Origin: Octopus vulgaris
Lineage: Eukaryota
Length of the DNA: 64,000 nt
Assembly (NCBI GenBank): GCA_951406725.2
Contig: OX597814.1
Location: 24,428,001 to 24,492,000 of the forward strand
Direction: 5' to 3'
The notes under the pieces were generated by a model. The model was not told the DNA's origin. It searched no databases and saw only the letters and a list, made by a program, of their open reading frames with translations. Positions 25,430 through 38,636 of the stretch are shown here, one piece after another. Each line of letters starts with the position of its first letter. Position 1 is the stretch's first letter. The position numbers and the translations under genes were made by a program.

Positions 25430-26915
25430 TCCATTTATTTTGCAAGATTCCTTATGTGAAATCGTGTGTTGAAACAGATATTGTTGTATTTCAGGATGAT
25501 TATTTTTTCTTTTTGTGCCAAATAAGCACATGCCCTATATATTTTTTTCTTCCTTCATTTATTACTGTTCTTACTCTATTATTTTTAACTCATGTCCATT
25601 GCCTGGATATCTTTCATCACACATCTGTGACCTCTTCTGTGACACTTTTTATTTCCGTGTACGTTCATGCTCCACTTACTCTATTCTGTTTTTCTAAGAT
25701 GCACATCCTTATGTTCAAATGTGTTTGTGTCCTTGTTTGTGTATGTGTGTGTATCATAGTTGTTAGCAGCTGTGTGGCCTTCCCCTTACCCCCCCCCAAA
25801 AAAAAAATATGTATAGTACAGTTCCTGTATTCCCCTGTGTATGTGTGTTTGTCCATGGTGTTGCCATTGTGGTAGTTGTTATTGTCATTGTTGACACGGC
25901 CACTGATGCTGACCATGTTAGTTGTGTTGTTGACATTGTATGGCCATCCATGAAGTTTTATATGTGTGTGTGTGTGTATATGTTCGCTTCATATGTATTT
26001 CTGCCCTTTATATAGTTTTATTTATATATTTTATCTGTCTCTGCCTTACAAGTATGTGACAGATATATTTATATATTTATCTATTATATATATATTTAGT
26101 TATTTTTTATACATCTATCTCTATTTCTCATCACAGTTAAGTGCATATATGTCTATTGTGTATGTATTACCCTGTATATTTCTATGTATACAGGGTAATA
26201 CATGAATTGTTTACGTTTTTCCCTTTCCCCTCTCTCCTTTCATCCCTACTGTCTTTAGTGATGTGATGTGTTACTGTTCCATTCATGTTTTCTATTGAGG
26301 TTCAGGCTATCTACTTTTATGTGTATAGCCTCTGTCATCTGTCCAAGCGTCAATTCAGTTTTGTGTATCAATAATACTTTAACCACCATACTGTTGATTG
26401 AGCCTCCATATTCTGTCTGAGCATGTTGGTAGATCACTGACGAGCTTTTTCCTTCTTTGAGCTCTTAACAAATTTCATCTATATGCTATCCTATGCTGTG
26501 TGCAGTCTCTCCAACTACCTACATTGGATACATACGATGCGAACCCATACACACACACATCAAACTTCATGGATGGCCATACAATGTTAACAACACAACT
26601 AACACGGTCAGCAGCAATGGTGGTGACAACAATGGCAATAACAACAACAACAACTACCACAATGGCAACACCATGGGTGAACACACACACACATAGAGGA
26701 ATACAGGAATTGTACCATATATATATATTTATTTTTTCAGATGTTAGGACAGCAGCAGCACAATGGGGTGAAAGGATGGGGTTGAGGAGAAAGGCACACA
26801 GCTGCTAAAAGTTATGACATACACCCAAGTATATACCCACACATACACACACACACACAAACAAACAAACAAGGACACAAATTCAAGCACATATAAGGAT
26901 ATACATTTTAGAAAA
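25430..26915 (-). mobile_element. 5'-truncated Penelope-like element: GIY-YIG endonuclease remnant plus inverted pLTR
   Basis: Minus 26255-26520 reads VVGETAHSIG*HIDE..ELKEGKSSSVIYQHAQTE..TEAIHIKVDSLNLNRKHEWN (YIGET-like motif, EA..I and LN..EW). 25690-26000 is inverted at 26526-26915. Confidence 0.8.
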
Positions 26916-27112
26916 ATGCTAATCTACTAACTATGTACATTACAACTATTACAAAATTCCATGCTCTTAGAAACCGCTGCTGAGTTTAAAACTTTACATT
27001 CTCTCCCTAGCATTCTATATTTTTTATACTCTTTGTAAATTTATTTGCCTATTTATAAATATCTATATGCTTGTAAATATGTGTTTATCTTCTGAATATA
27101 TTTAGCAAAAAA

Positions 27113-28295
27113 AACAAATCAAAATAGATGAACATCAATGGAATTTGTATCTTTGTGGTACCAGTGCCGGTGGCACACAAGAGAAAACCAAAAAACACCT
27201 TCCGAAGACCCGGCAAGACTAGTCAGTCCACCTGTGCATACCTTCCTTCTTGTGACACTTGTGAAGACCGGTTGAGGCAAGTGAAAATCAAATCAAAATA
27301 GACAAAATAGATGAACATCAATGGAATTTGTATCTTGTGGTACCAGTGCCTGTGGCACACAAGAAATCCATCAGTGCTGTAGTCAGTGCGGTGGGCACAT
27401 GACAAACACCATCCGATCGTGGCCGTTCGCCAGCCTCATCTAGCACCTGTGTCGGTGGCACATAAAAACACCATCCGAAGACCCGGCAAGACTAGTCAGG
27501 CCATAACCCATGGCCCCTACCTGGGACGTAGTCAGTCCACCTGTGCATACCTTCCTTCTTGTGACACTTGTGAAGACCTGTTGAGGCAAGTGAAAATCAA
27601 AACAAATCAAAATAGATGAACATCAATGGAATTTGTATCTTTGTGGTACCAGTGCCGGTGGCACGTGGCACACAAGAAAACCATCCGAACGTGGCCGTAG
27701 CCAGTACCGCATCGACTGGCCTCCGTGCTGTGGGCACGTAACAAGCACCATCCGATCGTGGCCGTTTGCCAGCCTCATCTGGCACCTGTGTCGGTGGGAC
27801 ATAAAAACACCATCCGAGCGTGGCCGTCTGCCAGCCTCGTCTGGCACCTGTGTCGGTGGCACATAAAAAACACCATCCGAGCGTGGCCGTTTGCCAGCCT
27901 CGTCTGGCACCTGTGTCGGTGGCACATAAAAAAAACACCATCCGAGCGTGGCCGTCTGCCAGCCTCGTCTGGCACCTGTGTCGGTGGCACATAAAAACAC
28001 CATCCGAGCGTGGCCGTCTGCCAGCCTCGTCTGGCACCTGTGTCGGTGGCACGTAAAAAACACCATCCGAGCGTGGCCGTCTGCCAGCCTCGTCTGGCAC
28101 CTGTGTCGGTGGCACATAAAATCACCCACTACACTCTCGGAGTGGTTGGCGTTAGGAAGGGCATCCAGCTGTAGAAACACTGCCAGATCTGACTGGACTG
28201 GTGCAGCTTTCGGGCTTCCCAGACCCCAGTTGAACCGTCCAACCCATGCTAGCATGGAAAGCGGACGTTAAACGATGATGATGATGATGATGATG
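27113..28295 (+). mobile_element. RTE LINE 3' UTR, multimerised, with an internal ~62-bp tandem array
   Basis: The AAAATAGATGAACATCAATGG block occurs three times (about 27120, 27304, 27610). Six 62-65-bp units at 27746-28122. (GAT)n tail. Confidence 0.88.
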
Positions 28296-28483
28296 AATAT
28301 ATATATACAAAACTATGAGTGCCTATATGTATATATTGGTTGGCATCCTTTTTGTCTTTGGAGACAATGGATTTGCACATAAAGTAGTCTAGTCCGGCTT
28401 TTACATTTCATGTCCTGATACATTTCCTGGTGTGGCTGTGTAGTCCTATCCTGGACAAACACTTCCTCTGGCAGGTACCGCAA

Positions 28484-28514
<31 letters not shown>

Positions 28515-28517
28515 CTT

Positions 28518-28709
28518 TGCACATTTATATATATACAAAATCTAATCATGATTAACTGCATCACTGTTTCCATATCGATTCCTCTGAATTTCTCTTATGG
28601 CCACTGTTTCCTTCAAAGACCTAGTCCTTGATAAAGATCTCAGTGTATATATTATATAATTTGTATATTATGTTTTGTATATTGAATATCTCTAGCTGTC
28701 ACCTTTTGA

Positions 28710-28758
<49 letters not shown>

Positions 28759-29448
28759 TACATATATTTATATACATACATGCATATATATATAACGTGT
28801 ATGTATGTGTGTATATATATCATCATCATCATCATCATCATTTAGCGTCCGTTCTCCATGCTAGCATGGGTTGGACGGTTCAACTGGGGTCTGGGGAGCC
28901 AGAAGGCTGCACCAGGCCAGTCTTATCTGGCAGTGTTTCTACAGCTGGATGCCCTTCCTAACGCCAACCACTCCGTGAGTGTAGTGGGTGATTTTATGTG
29001 CCACCTGCACAGGTGCCAGACGAGGCTGGCGAACGGCCACGGTCGGATGGTGTTTTTATGTGACACCTGCACAGAAGGCAAACGAGGGGGTGCTGGCATC
29101 GGCCACGAGTCGGATAGTGCTTTTTACGTACCACCAGACCAGGGATCCTGGCTGGTTCAATTCGATTTCGATTTCGCTTGCCCCAACATGTCTTCGCAAG
29201 CAAGGGGGTTGGCATGGGTGCCTGTCGTACGGTCAGATTGGTGTATTTTACGTGCCACCGGCACGGAAGCCAGTGGAGGCGGTGCTGGCATCGGCCACGA
29301 GTCGGATAGTGCTTTTTACGTACCACCAGACCAGGGATCCTGGCTGGTTCAATTCGATTTCGCTTGCCCCAACATGTCTTCGCAAGCAAGGGGGTTGGCA
29401 TGGGTGCCTGTCGTACGGTCAGATTGGTGTATTTTACGTGCCACCGGC

Positions 29449-29489
<41 letters not shown>

Positions 29490-29679
29490 TTTATATATAT
29501 ACAAAATCTAATCATGATTAACTGCATCACTGTTTCCATATCGATTCCTCTGAATTTCTCTTATGGCCACTGTTTCCTTCAAAGACCTAGTCCTTGATAA
29601 AGATCTCAGTGTATAAATTCTAATAATTTGTGCACTATTATGTTTTGTATATTGAATATCTCTAGCTGTCACCTTTTGA

Positions 29680-29734
<55 letters not shown>

Positions 29735-29800
29735 AACATATGTATTTATATACATACATGCATGTATATATATGCGTGTATGTATGTATGTATGTATGTA
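28518..29800. repeat. ~300-bp direct duplication (28518-28820 and 29484-29800) flanking an RTE tail
   Basis: TGCACATTTATATATATACAAAATCTAATCATG..ACCTTTTGACCATATA is near-identical in both copies. Confidence 0.9.
28820..29452 (-). mobile_element. RTE 3' UTR fragment with an internal ~190-bp tandem duplication
   Basis: (CAT)n..AGCGTCCGTTCTCCATGCTAGCATGGGTTGGACGG. 29088-29280 is repeated at 29281-29452. Confidence 0.88.
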
Positions 29801-30739
29801 TATATATATATATATATGTAAGCATATATATGTATATATATATATCTACACACATACATAAGTACAGAAAGATATATAGATAGATACATACATAAATGCA
29901 TACACACAGACATATACATACACACATTCATATTAGTGTGAAACTTTCAGAAAAAGAGTTGTTAATCTAATCAGACAATTCAATTCTGAAAATTAAATCA
30001 CTGTTCTATAGCAAGTAAACATCTATCTCAGCGTTCTAAATCTTCCATGTTGTATACTGTGAGGATTCTTTTGTTAGTAGATCTCATATATTCTGAATTT
30101 TATTACTGAACTATTATGCAGACAATAGATCTTATCCCTAATTTCCATAATTTAGTCAGTCAAAACATGAGCATTTTACTTATTTTTCAAGAAGTTGTAA
30201 TATTAATAGGATAGTACATTATATTGGAAACATACCCATAACACTCCCAGTTGTCTGAGATTACATTAAATATTTCTCCTTCCATACTTTCAATAAGTTG
30301 CAGAATCAATATTCCAAACCAGTTGCAAAACTGTTGAACATATAATTATTATTGTAAGATAAAAAGATAGTCACTGAAGCAAAGCATTTGATCATATCTC
30401 TATCTAGATTTACATGAGAAATTTATGTCCCAATCTTTTCAAGTGACATAAAAATATAGGATAGGTCTACTGTACTTGCAATGTATTACTTGTTTCTTAG
30501 CTGACATCTGTCCACATATTGAACATCAAATTATCATAACTGTATGTTCCAGAGTCTGGTTTCCATTATCTCACAATTGCAAAGATTTGAACAGGAGCAG
30601 TTTACCATGAATTGACATGAAATAAATTCTCTCACTGAATAAAAGTGGTTTTAGAGAAATTGTCATATTCGGTGAAAGTTTTTCTAACTATAAAGCTGGA
30701 ATTCAACTGGATTTGATGTAGACGCACATATTACATATG

Positions 30740-30881
30740 AGTATGAGTGTGTGTGCATGCACACACAGATGTATATATGTATGTATATATACACACACAC
30801 ACACACATATATATGTGCACAAACACACACACACATATATATACATACAAATATATATATATGTATATATATATGTATATA

Positions 30882-30938
<57 letters not shown>

Positions 30939-31035
30939 GGGGAAAGAGAGTGAGACAGACAGACAGATAGATGATACATGTATATATGCATTATATATAT
31001 ACATGTGTATATGTATGTGTATATTTTATATATAT

Positions 31036-31067
<32 letters not shown>

Positions 31068-31165
31068 TTTATACACATACATATGCACGTATATGTATGT
31101 GCGCTTGTATGTATGTATGTATGTATGTATGTATGTATGTATGTATGTGTGCTTGTATGTATCGA
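30740..31165. repeat. Compound microsatellite
   Basis: (CA)n, (TA)n, (GA)n and (GTAT)n runs. Confidence 0.95.
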
Positions 31166-31924
31166 TAGATCTCTCACTTTATTAACATCTGACAGCTCAT
31201 ACAAAATTTTACATTTTTTTATGTTTTCTTGATGTAAAATTTGTGTCAATTAATGTTGGAAACATTACCTTCTCTTCCTGTTAGATCACTGAAATGAAGC
31301 AAGATATAGCTTCAATGGTTATGAATTGGGTGATTATTTAAGAAGCGCATGTGAGTAATAACACAGTGCTGTTAGTGTCGACTTAGAAAATATGTTTCAT
31401 TATGATATATTTACTACAGAAGTCTTTCCATGGCAGTAAGCCCCCACATAAAGCAGAAAAAAAAAATCATTATTCATATAAAATCGTTAAGTTTAGTGAG
31501 TTAGGAGAACTTTTTGAGCTTCAGATTAAATAATATGTCTACAGGTGCAGGCATGGCTATGTGTGTTAGAAGTCTGCTTCTGAACCATTTGATTCTGGAT
31601 TCACTCCTGGTGCATTGCACTTTAGGCAAGTGTCTTCTATTATCGCCCCAAGCTGGTCAAATCCTTGTGAGTGGATTTTGTCAATGGAAACTGAAAGAAT
31701 CCTACCGTTTATATATATATATAATTTTATTTTCGCAATGAGATAAAAAAAACTAAGGCTGAGTAGATTTTAGAACATTTATACATAGAAACTATCTATG
31801 GCTTAGAAACTTAACTATGGTCTATCTATAGCACTTATTCAGTATTATCTGACACCTTTGGGTCTCAGTGACACTATTACCTCTCATAACCTATATATAT
31901 ATCTATATATATATATGTAGTCAG

Positions 31925-32825
31925 TATGCTCCAATGTATGTGTAATGTCAGTGTGGACACACAACAAAGTGTAAGTGTCCTGAGAGAAAAGTTGGACCTT
32001 AGAAGCATCAGATGTGGTGTACAAGAGAGACGACTGCACTGGTATGGTCATGTGGTGAGAATGGATGTGGATAGCTGTGTGAAAAAGTGCCACACCCTAG
32101 TGGTTGAGGGAATCTGTGGAAGAGGTAGACCCAGGAAGACCTGGGATGAAGTGGTGAAGCACGACTTTCAAACATTAGGCCTTACTGAGGCAATGACTAG
32201 TGACCGAGATCTTTGGAAATATGCTGTGCTTGAGAAGACCTGTCAAGCAAAGTGAGACCATAACCCTTGACTTATGCCAGGGGTGTAATCAGTCCACTTA
32301 TGCATACCTTTCTTTCATTGGACACTAAACTCTGCTTGCGAAGACCTGTTGAGGTAAGTGAAATCGAAATCGCAATCAAATTCAATGACTGGCATCCATG
32401 CTAGTGGAGCACTAAGAGCACCATCCAAGCATGATCATTGCCAGAGTAGCTGACTGGCTTCCATGCCAGTGGCACATAAAAAGCACTATTCGAGTGTGAT
32501 CATTACCAGCATTGCCTTACTGGCACATGAAAAAATATCTGTGCGAGGTCATTGCCAGTGCCGTTGGACTGGCTCCTGGGCAGGTGGCATGTAAAAAACA
32601 CCATTTGAGTGTGGTCATTGCCAGTACTGCCTGACTGGCCCTTGTGCCAGTGGCATGTAAAAGCTCCCACTACACTCTTGGAGTGGTTGGCATTAGGAAG
32701 GGCATCCAGCTGTAGAAACTCTGCCAAATTAGATTGGAGCCTGGTGCAGCCATCTGGTTCGCCAGTCCTCAGTCAAATCGTCCAACCCATGCCAGCATGG
32801 AAAGTAGACGTTAAACGATGATGAT
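31925..32825 (+). mobile_element. RTE LINE 3' end (ORF2 C-terminus plus 3' UTR)
   Basis: LREKLDLRSIRCGVQERRLHWYGHVVRM..VEGICGRGRPRKTWDEVVKHD..LWKYAVLEKT, followed by the UTR and (GAT)n. Confidence 0.92.
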
Positions 32826-33084
32826 ATATACACATATACATACATGTATACATATATATATATACATATATATATCTGTATATTCATATATGCACATACA
32901 TACACACTCACACACAAATATATGTATACATATATGTATATGTATGTATATATGTATATAAGCATGTATATATGAATGTTTGTAATGATATGTATGTCTG
33001 CATGTGTGTGCATGTAAGTGTGTGCTACTCTCTTCTTGGTGTGATATTTGATGACAGTTGTGAGTGTTAGTCATGAAAATGGCG

Positions 33085-34262
33085 TCATCCTTGTCATCAT
33101 CATTATCATTAAACCTCCATTGCCCGTGTTGGCATGGGTTGGACGGTTTGACCAGGTCTGGCAAGCTGGAAGGTTGCACCAGACTCCAATCTGATTTGGC
33201 ATGGTTTCTACAGCTGGATGCCTTTTCTTATGCCAACCACTCCAAGAATGTAATGGGTGCTTTTATGTGCCACCAGCATGGGTGCCATTTGCATGACACC
33301 AGTATCTGCCACAACTGCGATTTTACTTGGCGTGACGGGTCTTCTTCTCAAGCACAGCATAATGCCAAAGGTCTCGATCATTTGTCATTGCCTCCATGAG
33401 GGCCAACACTTGAAAGGTTCTTTTCTCATGCCACCAGTATCAGCCACCTTGCCTCCATGAGGCCCATTGCTCGAAAGGTGCTTTTTACATGACACCAGTA
33501 TCGACTGTGATTTGGCTTGATGGGTCTTTTTAAGCAGAGCATATCGCCAAATGTCTTGGTCACTAGTCATTGCCTCCATGAGACTCAAAGTTCGTAAGAT
33601 CATGCTCCACCACTTTGTCCCATGTCTTCCTGGGTCTGCCTCTAACACAGGTTCCCTCCACAGTTAGAGTGCAGCACTTATTTACGCAGCTGTCCTCATC
33701 CATACACATCACATCCACATCTGATCCTCCTGCCTAACTTTTCTCTCAAGATGCTTACACTCTGTTGCACATGCACACTGACACTGCACAACCACTGAAG
33801 CATACTAGCTTCATTTTTTTCAAGCCTATGCATGTCCTCAGCTGTCACAGCCCATGCTTCAATGCTGAGTAGCATAGCTGTTTACACACAGACATCATAC
33901 TATCTGCCTTTCACTCTTAGGGAGAGGCCCTTTGTTGCTAACAGAGGTAGGAGCTCTTTGAACTTTGCCCTACATATTCTTATTCCCACAGCTACACTCT
34001 CGGAGCATCCACCTTTGGTCACCTAAATAGCAGAAACTATCTACAACCTCAATCTTACCTACCTGGCAGTTTATGGAGTCTATTTTCTGTACATTTTTGG
34101 TGTTTACTGTACCTGTGCATTTTCCACACACAAAAGCTATTTTCCAGGTTAACCGTCCCCTAATATTGTTGCACCTCTTATGTGTCCATTGCTTACATCA
34201 GATACATCTTATGGAGTTTCTACCAATACCTTTTCTACAGGTCAAGCAGGGCCATCTTCCTG
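33085..34262 (-). mobile_element. RTE LINE 3' portion, inverted relative to 31925-32825
   Basis: Reverse complement of the tail motif and of the ORF2 C-terminal region (GRPRKTWD-like at about 33640). Confidence 0.85.
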
Positions 34263-34839
34263 AAGAAATTTATGATTTGTCTGCTTTCCTACTTATTAAG
34301 ACTTTGTTTTTAATTTTCTGAGACTGTCTAGTCAGTGGAAAATATCTTATTTGGAAGCAAATGATGGTTGGCAACAGGAATAACATCCAAATGTAGAAAA
34401 TCCACTTCAGCATATTCAATGCAACCGATATGAGCACAGAAAAGTGGATATAAAATGATGATGATGATGATGATGAAGGGTTCACTCTGTATTATTCATT
34501 TATTCTTTTCCATCATTCAGCCCTAAGGTCGAGGCCATGCTGGTGCACAAAGACACAGTAACTATAAAGGTATTAAATAGCTGAGTACACAATATAAAGT
34601 ATAATGAATTGAAGGTTGCAGGTTTAATTGCACTGTGCAGCACAATGGTGAAGCATTTTTGCTCTGGCTTTGGATTATTCAATGTCATGTAAATAGAATT
34701 TTCTCAATGGAAACTGTGTGGCAAACCATTATATTTATAGGATGCAGCAGAGGTACATGAGGTTTTTTTTTTTTTTTTAAATGTACAGAACAATGTATGG
34801 TTCTTAAGCATATAAGGAACACATGAATAAGTATTTCTT

Positions 34840-35660
34840 CAGGCTTGAAAATAATGTTATCCAGATGCTTCCAAATGTTATGCACACTTACTTTGTATCC
34901 TAGCCTGGAAGTTCTGTATTGTGTGTCACACTGTCTTGTGGTAATATTGTAATTTCTTTACAAATAACCACTTTCAGCTCATCTTGTGTGAGCATTTTAT
35001 TGATCAAAATTTGCCTTTTGATGTGCTTCCATTATTTCATGATTGAACAAGCCATAGCTTGTCACTATTTTGAGAAATGACATAATCACTAAGCATATTT
35101 TTTAGTAACATTCATGGAAGCGCTTGCTGTATTAGCAATTGCTCTCTCTTATGAAATCCCTTGTTATCTTTTAAAGCAATCTCCATTTATTTCTGGGCAA
35201 AGTAATTTGTGTAATATGAAGACATAGCGATCATAATTCCCTGTTACTACATGTCTATCTTCTTCAAAGAAATATGGACCTGTTACATCAAGGCATACCT
35301 CACAACACTTCGCTGATATGCTTTCGCAATAAATATAATAGTCATGAAGTTGTTTTGATTTGCTGCCTAACCAAGAGCAGATGTTTTATTTACTTACATA
35401 ACCAGGCACATGGTTATGTATGTAAGAGATCATGTCACCTGTCCACATTGGGAGTATGATCTTTGCAAATGTTTTCCAACTTTTCTAGTCATATTGATTT
35501 ATTCTTACAGTCACAATCATAAAAAGGATGAAAATTTAAGTCAAGCTGCAATATGCTTCACACACTATGATTTAAAAGATCTCATGCTGGTGTGGCCTTT
35601 TCACCTTTTGCCTGCATCATGAACTCAATATTTGGACAGGTTGCACACTTCGGAATGGTT
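34840..35660 (-). mobile_element. Degenerate Tc1/mariner-superfamily transposase (IIGPYFF-type, DD41D/rosa-like)
   Basis: Minus strand DVTGPYFFEEDRHVVTGNYDRY..LCPEIN..WKHIKRQILIN..ELKVVICKEI..KHLDNIIFK. Confidence 0.7.
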
Positions 35661-35719
35661 CCTTTTTTCAGTATTGGACCATTTAAATTTAAATGCTTAA
35701 AAATATATTATGTATACTA

Positions 35720-35985
35720 AGCGTGATCATTACCACCATCGCCTTACTGGCACCTGTGCCGGTGGCATGTATAAAAAGATTCGAGCGAGGTCATTGCCAG
35801 TACTGCCTGACTGGCCCCCGTGCCGGTGGCACGTATAAGCTCCCACTACACTCTTGGAGTGGTTGGCGTAGAAACTCAGTCAGATCAAGATTGGAGCCTG
35901 GTGCAGCCATCCGGTTCGCCAGCCCTCACTCAAATCATCCAACCCATACTAGCATGGAAATCAGACGTTAAACGATGATGATGAT
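35720..35985 (+). mobile_element. RTE 3' UTR fragment
   Basis: CCCACTACACTCTTGGAGTGGTTGGCG..GTTAAAC(GAT)n. Confidence 0.85.
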
Positions 35986-36151
35986 GTTTATATCAGTCAG
36001 ACTGATGTCCTCATCTTGATTGTTACTTTCACTACATTTTGGCTGTTGTACGCTCCAACCTACTTCAGATGCCATGTGTTGGAGCATACAACTGCTGAAA
36101 TGTAGTCAAAGTGATGATCAAAAAGAAGATACCAGTCTGACTAACATAAAT
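35986..36151. repeat. ~73-bp-arm imperfect hairpin (inverted pLTR-like fragment)
   Basis: TTTATATCAGTCAGACTG..CGCTCCAAC pairs with GTTGGAGCAT..CAGTCTGACTAACATAAA. Confidence 0.8.
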
Positions 36152-36694
36152 AGTATACATAATATAAATTCCTCATCTCACCTTAAAAATATAGTATAAT
36201 GACTAGACATTTCTCCATGAAATATGCTTCACACGTCCTAGTGCTGATATGGCCTTTTCACTTTTTGCCTGACTCATGAACTCAATATATATATCCTCAT
36301 CGTCATTGTTTTGACGTCCAGTTTTCCATGCTTGTATAGATCGGATGCCAACCTTTACCTGTTTCCAAGTAAAGTAATATTTCCACATAGCCACATATGT
36401 CTTTATGGAAGATGAATGAAGGACACAGCTTGCATGACAAAAACATTTATTTACTACTGTTACACAATGTCATGGCAGGCAAGGAGACAGTAGCATACAT
36501 ACATATATGTACACATATACTTACATACATATGTGTGATGGGCCTCTTCAGCTTCTGTCCATGAAATCTGTTCAGAAGGATTTGGTTAGTCCAGGGCTAC
36601 AGTAGAAAACCTTTGCCCAAGGTGCCACACAGTGGAATTGAACCTAGAACCATATGGTTGGAAACAAACTTCTTACTACACACCCACACCTCCA

Positions 36695-36737
<43 letters not shown>

Positions 36738-38173
36738 TATAAAATATTCATCACCACCACTCACAAGAGTGTATGACATGATAGTCTGTACTATTCTGTT
36801 GCTAATTGTTTCTGATGACTATGTAGTTACAAGGAAACTTATACATACTCTCAGCCCTCTCTCTTTCTTGGCTTAGTATCTTGAATGTAGCAGCTACAAG
36901 GGGGGAGAGAGGGGAGAGAAAGAGTGAGAGAGAGTTGTACCAACTCTGGTGCGGTATTGGCGTAACATTACATTACATTACATGTCTTGCTCAAGGACAC
37001 AATTCATTACTTAGGCCAGTAATTGAACCCTTGACCCCATAATCGTAAATCAACCACTATATCATATGCCAGCATGACATAAGTCACTACAATTTATATA
37101 AATGATATTCTGGTATGAGGTTAGTTACATGTTGGTAATTAATAAATAGCTGAATACTAAATAGAGATTTATTAAATAACAAACTTAGATGTGTGTAACA
37201 TACAACAAGAAAGAGCAATGTAACAACATTATTAAATACCAGTGTAGTTCACATATAACATGTGGAAATGTGTATGGTTGAATAAAAAACAATATTATAT
37301 AGTTCAATAAAAATGTTTATTCTATAACACATAGCTTAGTGAAAGTCAATATCTAATGTCAAGAGACAAGATACAATAAGACAATTCTTAATATGATTGC
37401 CAGAAGAAATCATAGCTGGAATATTGCTTTGGGACTTTCTACTTTAGCATGTATCGCTGTGATCTTTTATTACCATTGAAAAAGTGCATGTATTTTGTGT
37501 TAATATAGAAACATTCTATGTGAGATTGGAGTTACATAAGCATGTGTGAATGTATCTACAAGATATATTTATTATTGAGATAGCATGTATATGTACTAAT
37601 GTATATATTCATTCATACGCTGCTTACAAGGGATAGTTCACACTGCTTAGCAACTGGCAGGAATTTGAAAGACAACCAACCACAGAGAAAGCTTTAAATT
37701 AAATTGGGATAGAACATTTGTTGATTTAGCAAAATAAGTTCTATGATACACATGGAAAACCATAAGTGTGTGTGTGTGCATTTACAGAAAATGTTGTTTT
37801 TGTATCCTGAATCTTAGTTTCATATTCACTTGATACTGTTATTTGAGGTGTACAATCTGTTTCCAAAGATTAATGCCTTCAAGCTAATTCACTACCAATT
37901 ATTTATAGAAACGAATGTTTCTGAAAGAAATCATCCATAAAGATATTTCATATGGAACATTATTGCTGGCAAACCCTTGAGGCTCAGAAAAATTGTCCAC
38001 CATGACATGAGACAATGTATACCAATGCAGAATAAACAATTCAGGACATGCTAGTGCATCGTTTTCATTAGTATAGAAGGATGCACATCAGCTTTTGCAT
38101 GATCTTGATAGTGAGTTACCTTGGTACAAAATGAGCAAACTGTTGCAGATATTACCCACCATCACAGCAATTG

Positions 38174-38474
38174 GTGGAGGCACATGGCCTAGTGGTTAGA
38201 GCAGCGGACTCATGATCGAGGGATCACGAGTTCAAATCTCAGATCAGGCGATGTGTGTGTTTATGAGTGAAACACTTAAGCTCCACGTGGCTCTGGCAGA
38301 AGGTAATGGCAAACTTCTGCTGACTCTTTCACCACAACTTTCACTCACTCTTTCCTCCTGCATCTTGCAGCTCATCTGCAACGAACCAGCATCCCATCCA
38401 GGTGGAGAACCTATATGCCAAGGAAACCGGGAAACTGGCCCTTATGAGCAAGGCGTGGCTCGAGAAGGAACAAA
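38174..38474 (+). mobile_element. tRNA-SINE, head type C
   Basis: TGGCCTAGTGGTTAGAGCAGCGGACTC..GAGTTCAAATC. 14-bp TSD CATCACAGCAATTG at 38160 and 38475. Confidence 0.9.
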
Positions 38475-38636
38475 CATCACAGCAATTGAAAATATATAAT
38501 CCACCTCTCCTTGTTCTGTTAGACAATGGGCTTCATTGTAATACTGTCATGGGAACAAGAGAGGTTCTTAGCACATATCTGAAATACTCTCTCTGAAATC
38601 CAGAAGGGAAAAGTAACTTAATATTCCTTTCACTGA

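Noticed and set aside
26436-26465. CTGACGA hammerhead-like core on the plus strand
   Set aside because: No GAAA or stem III follows; it is the antisense of the GIY-YIG coding sequence.
27746-28122. CRISPR-like array of GC-rich hairpin repeats
   Set aside because: Units are contiguous with no unique spacers, there are no cas genes, and the array lies inside an RTE 3' UTR in eukaryotic DNA.
27597-29539. 170-217-aa ORFs with repeated CHRHRCQTRL / VPPTQVPDEAG motifs
   Set aside because: Open frames arise on both strands from tandem UTR repeats; not a gene.
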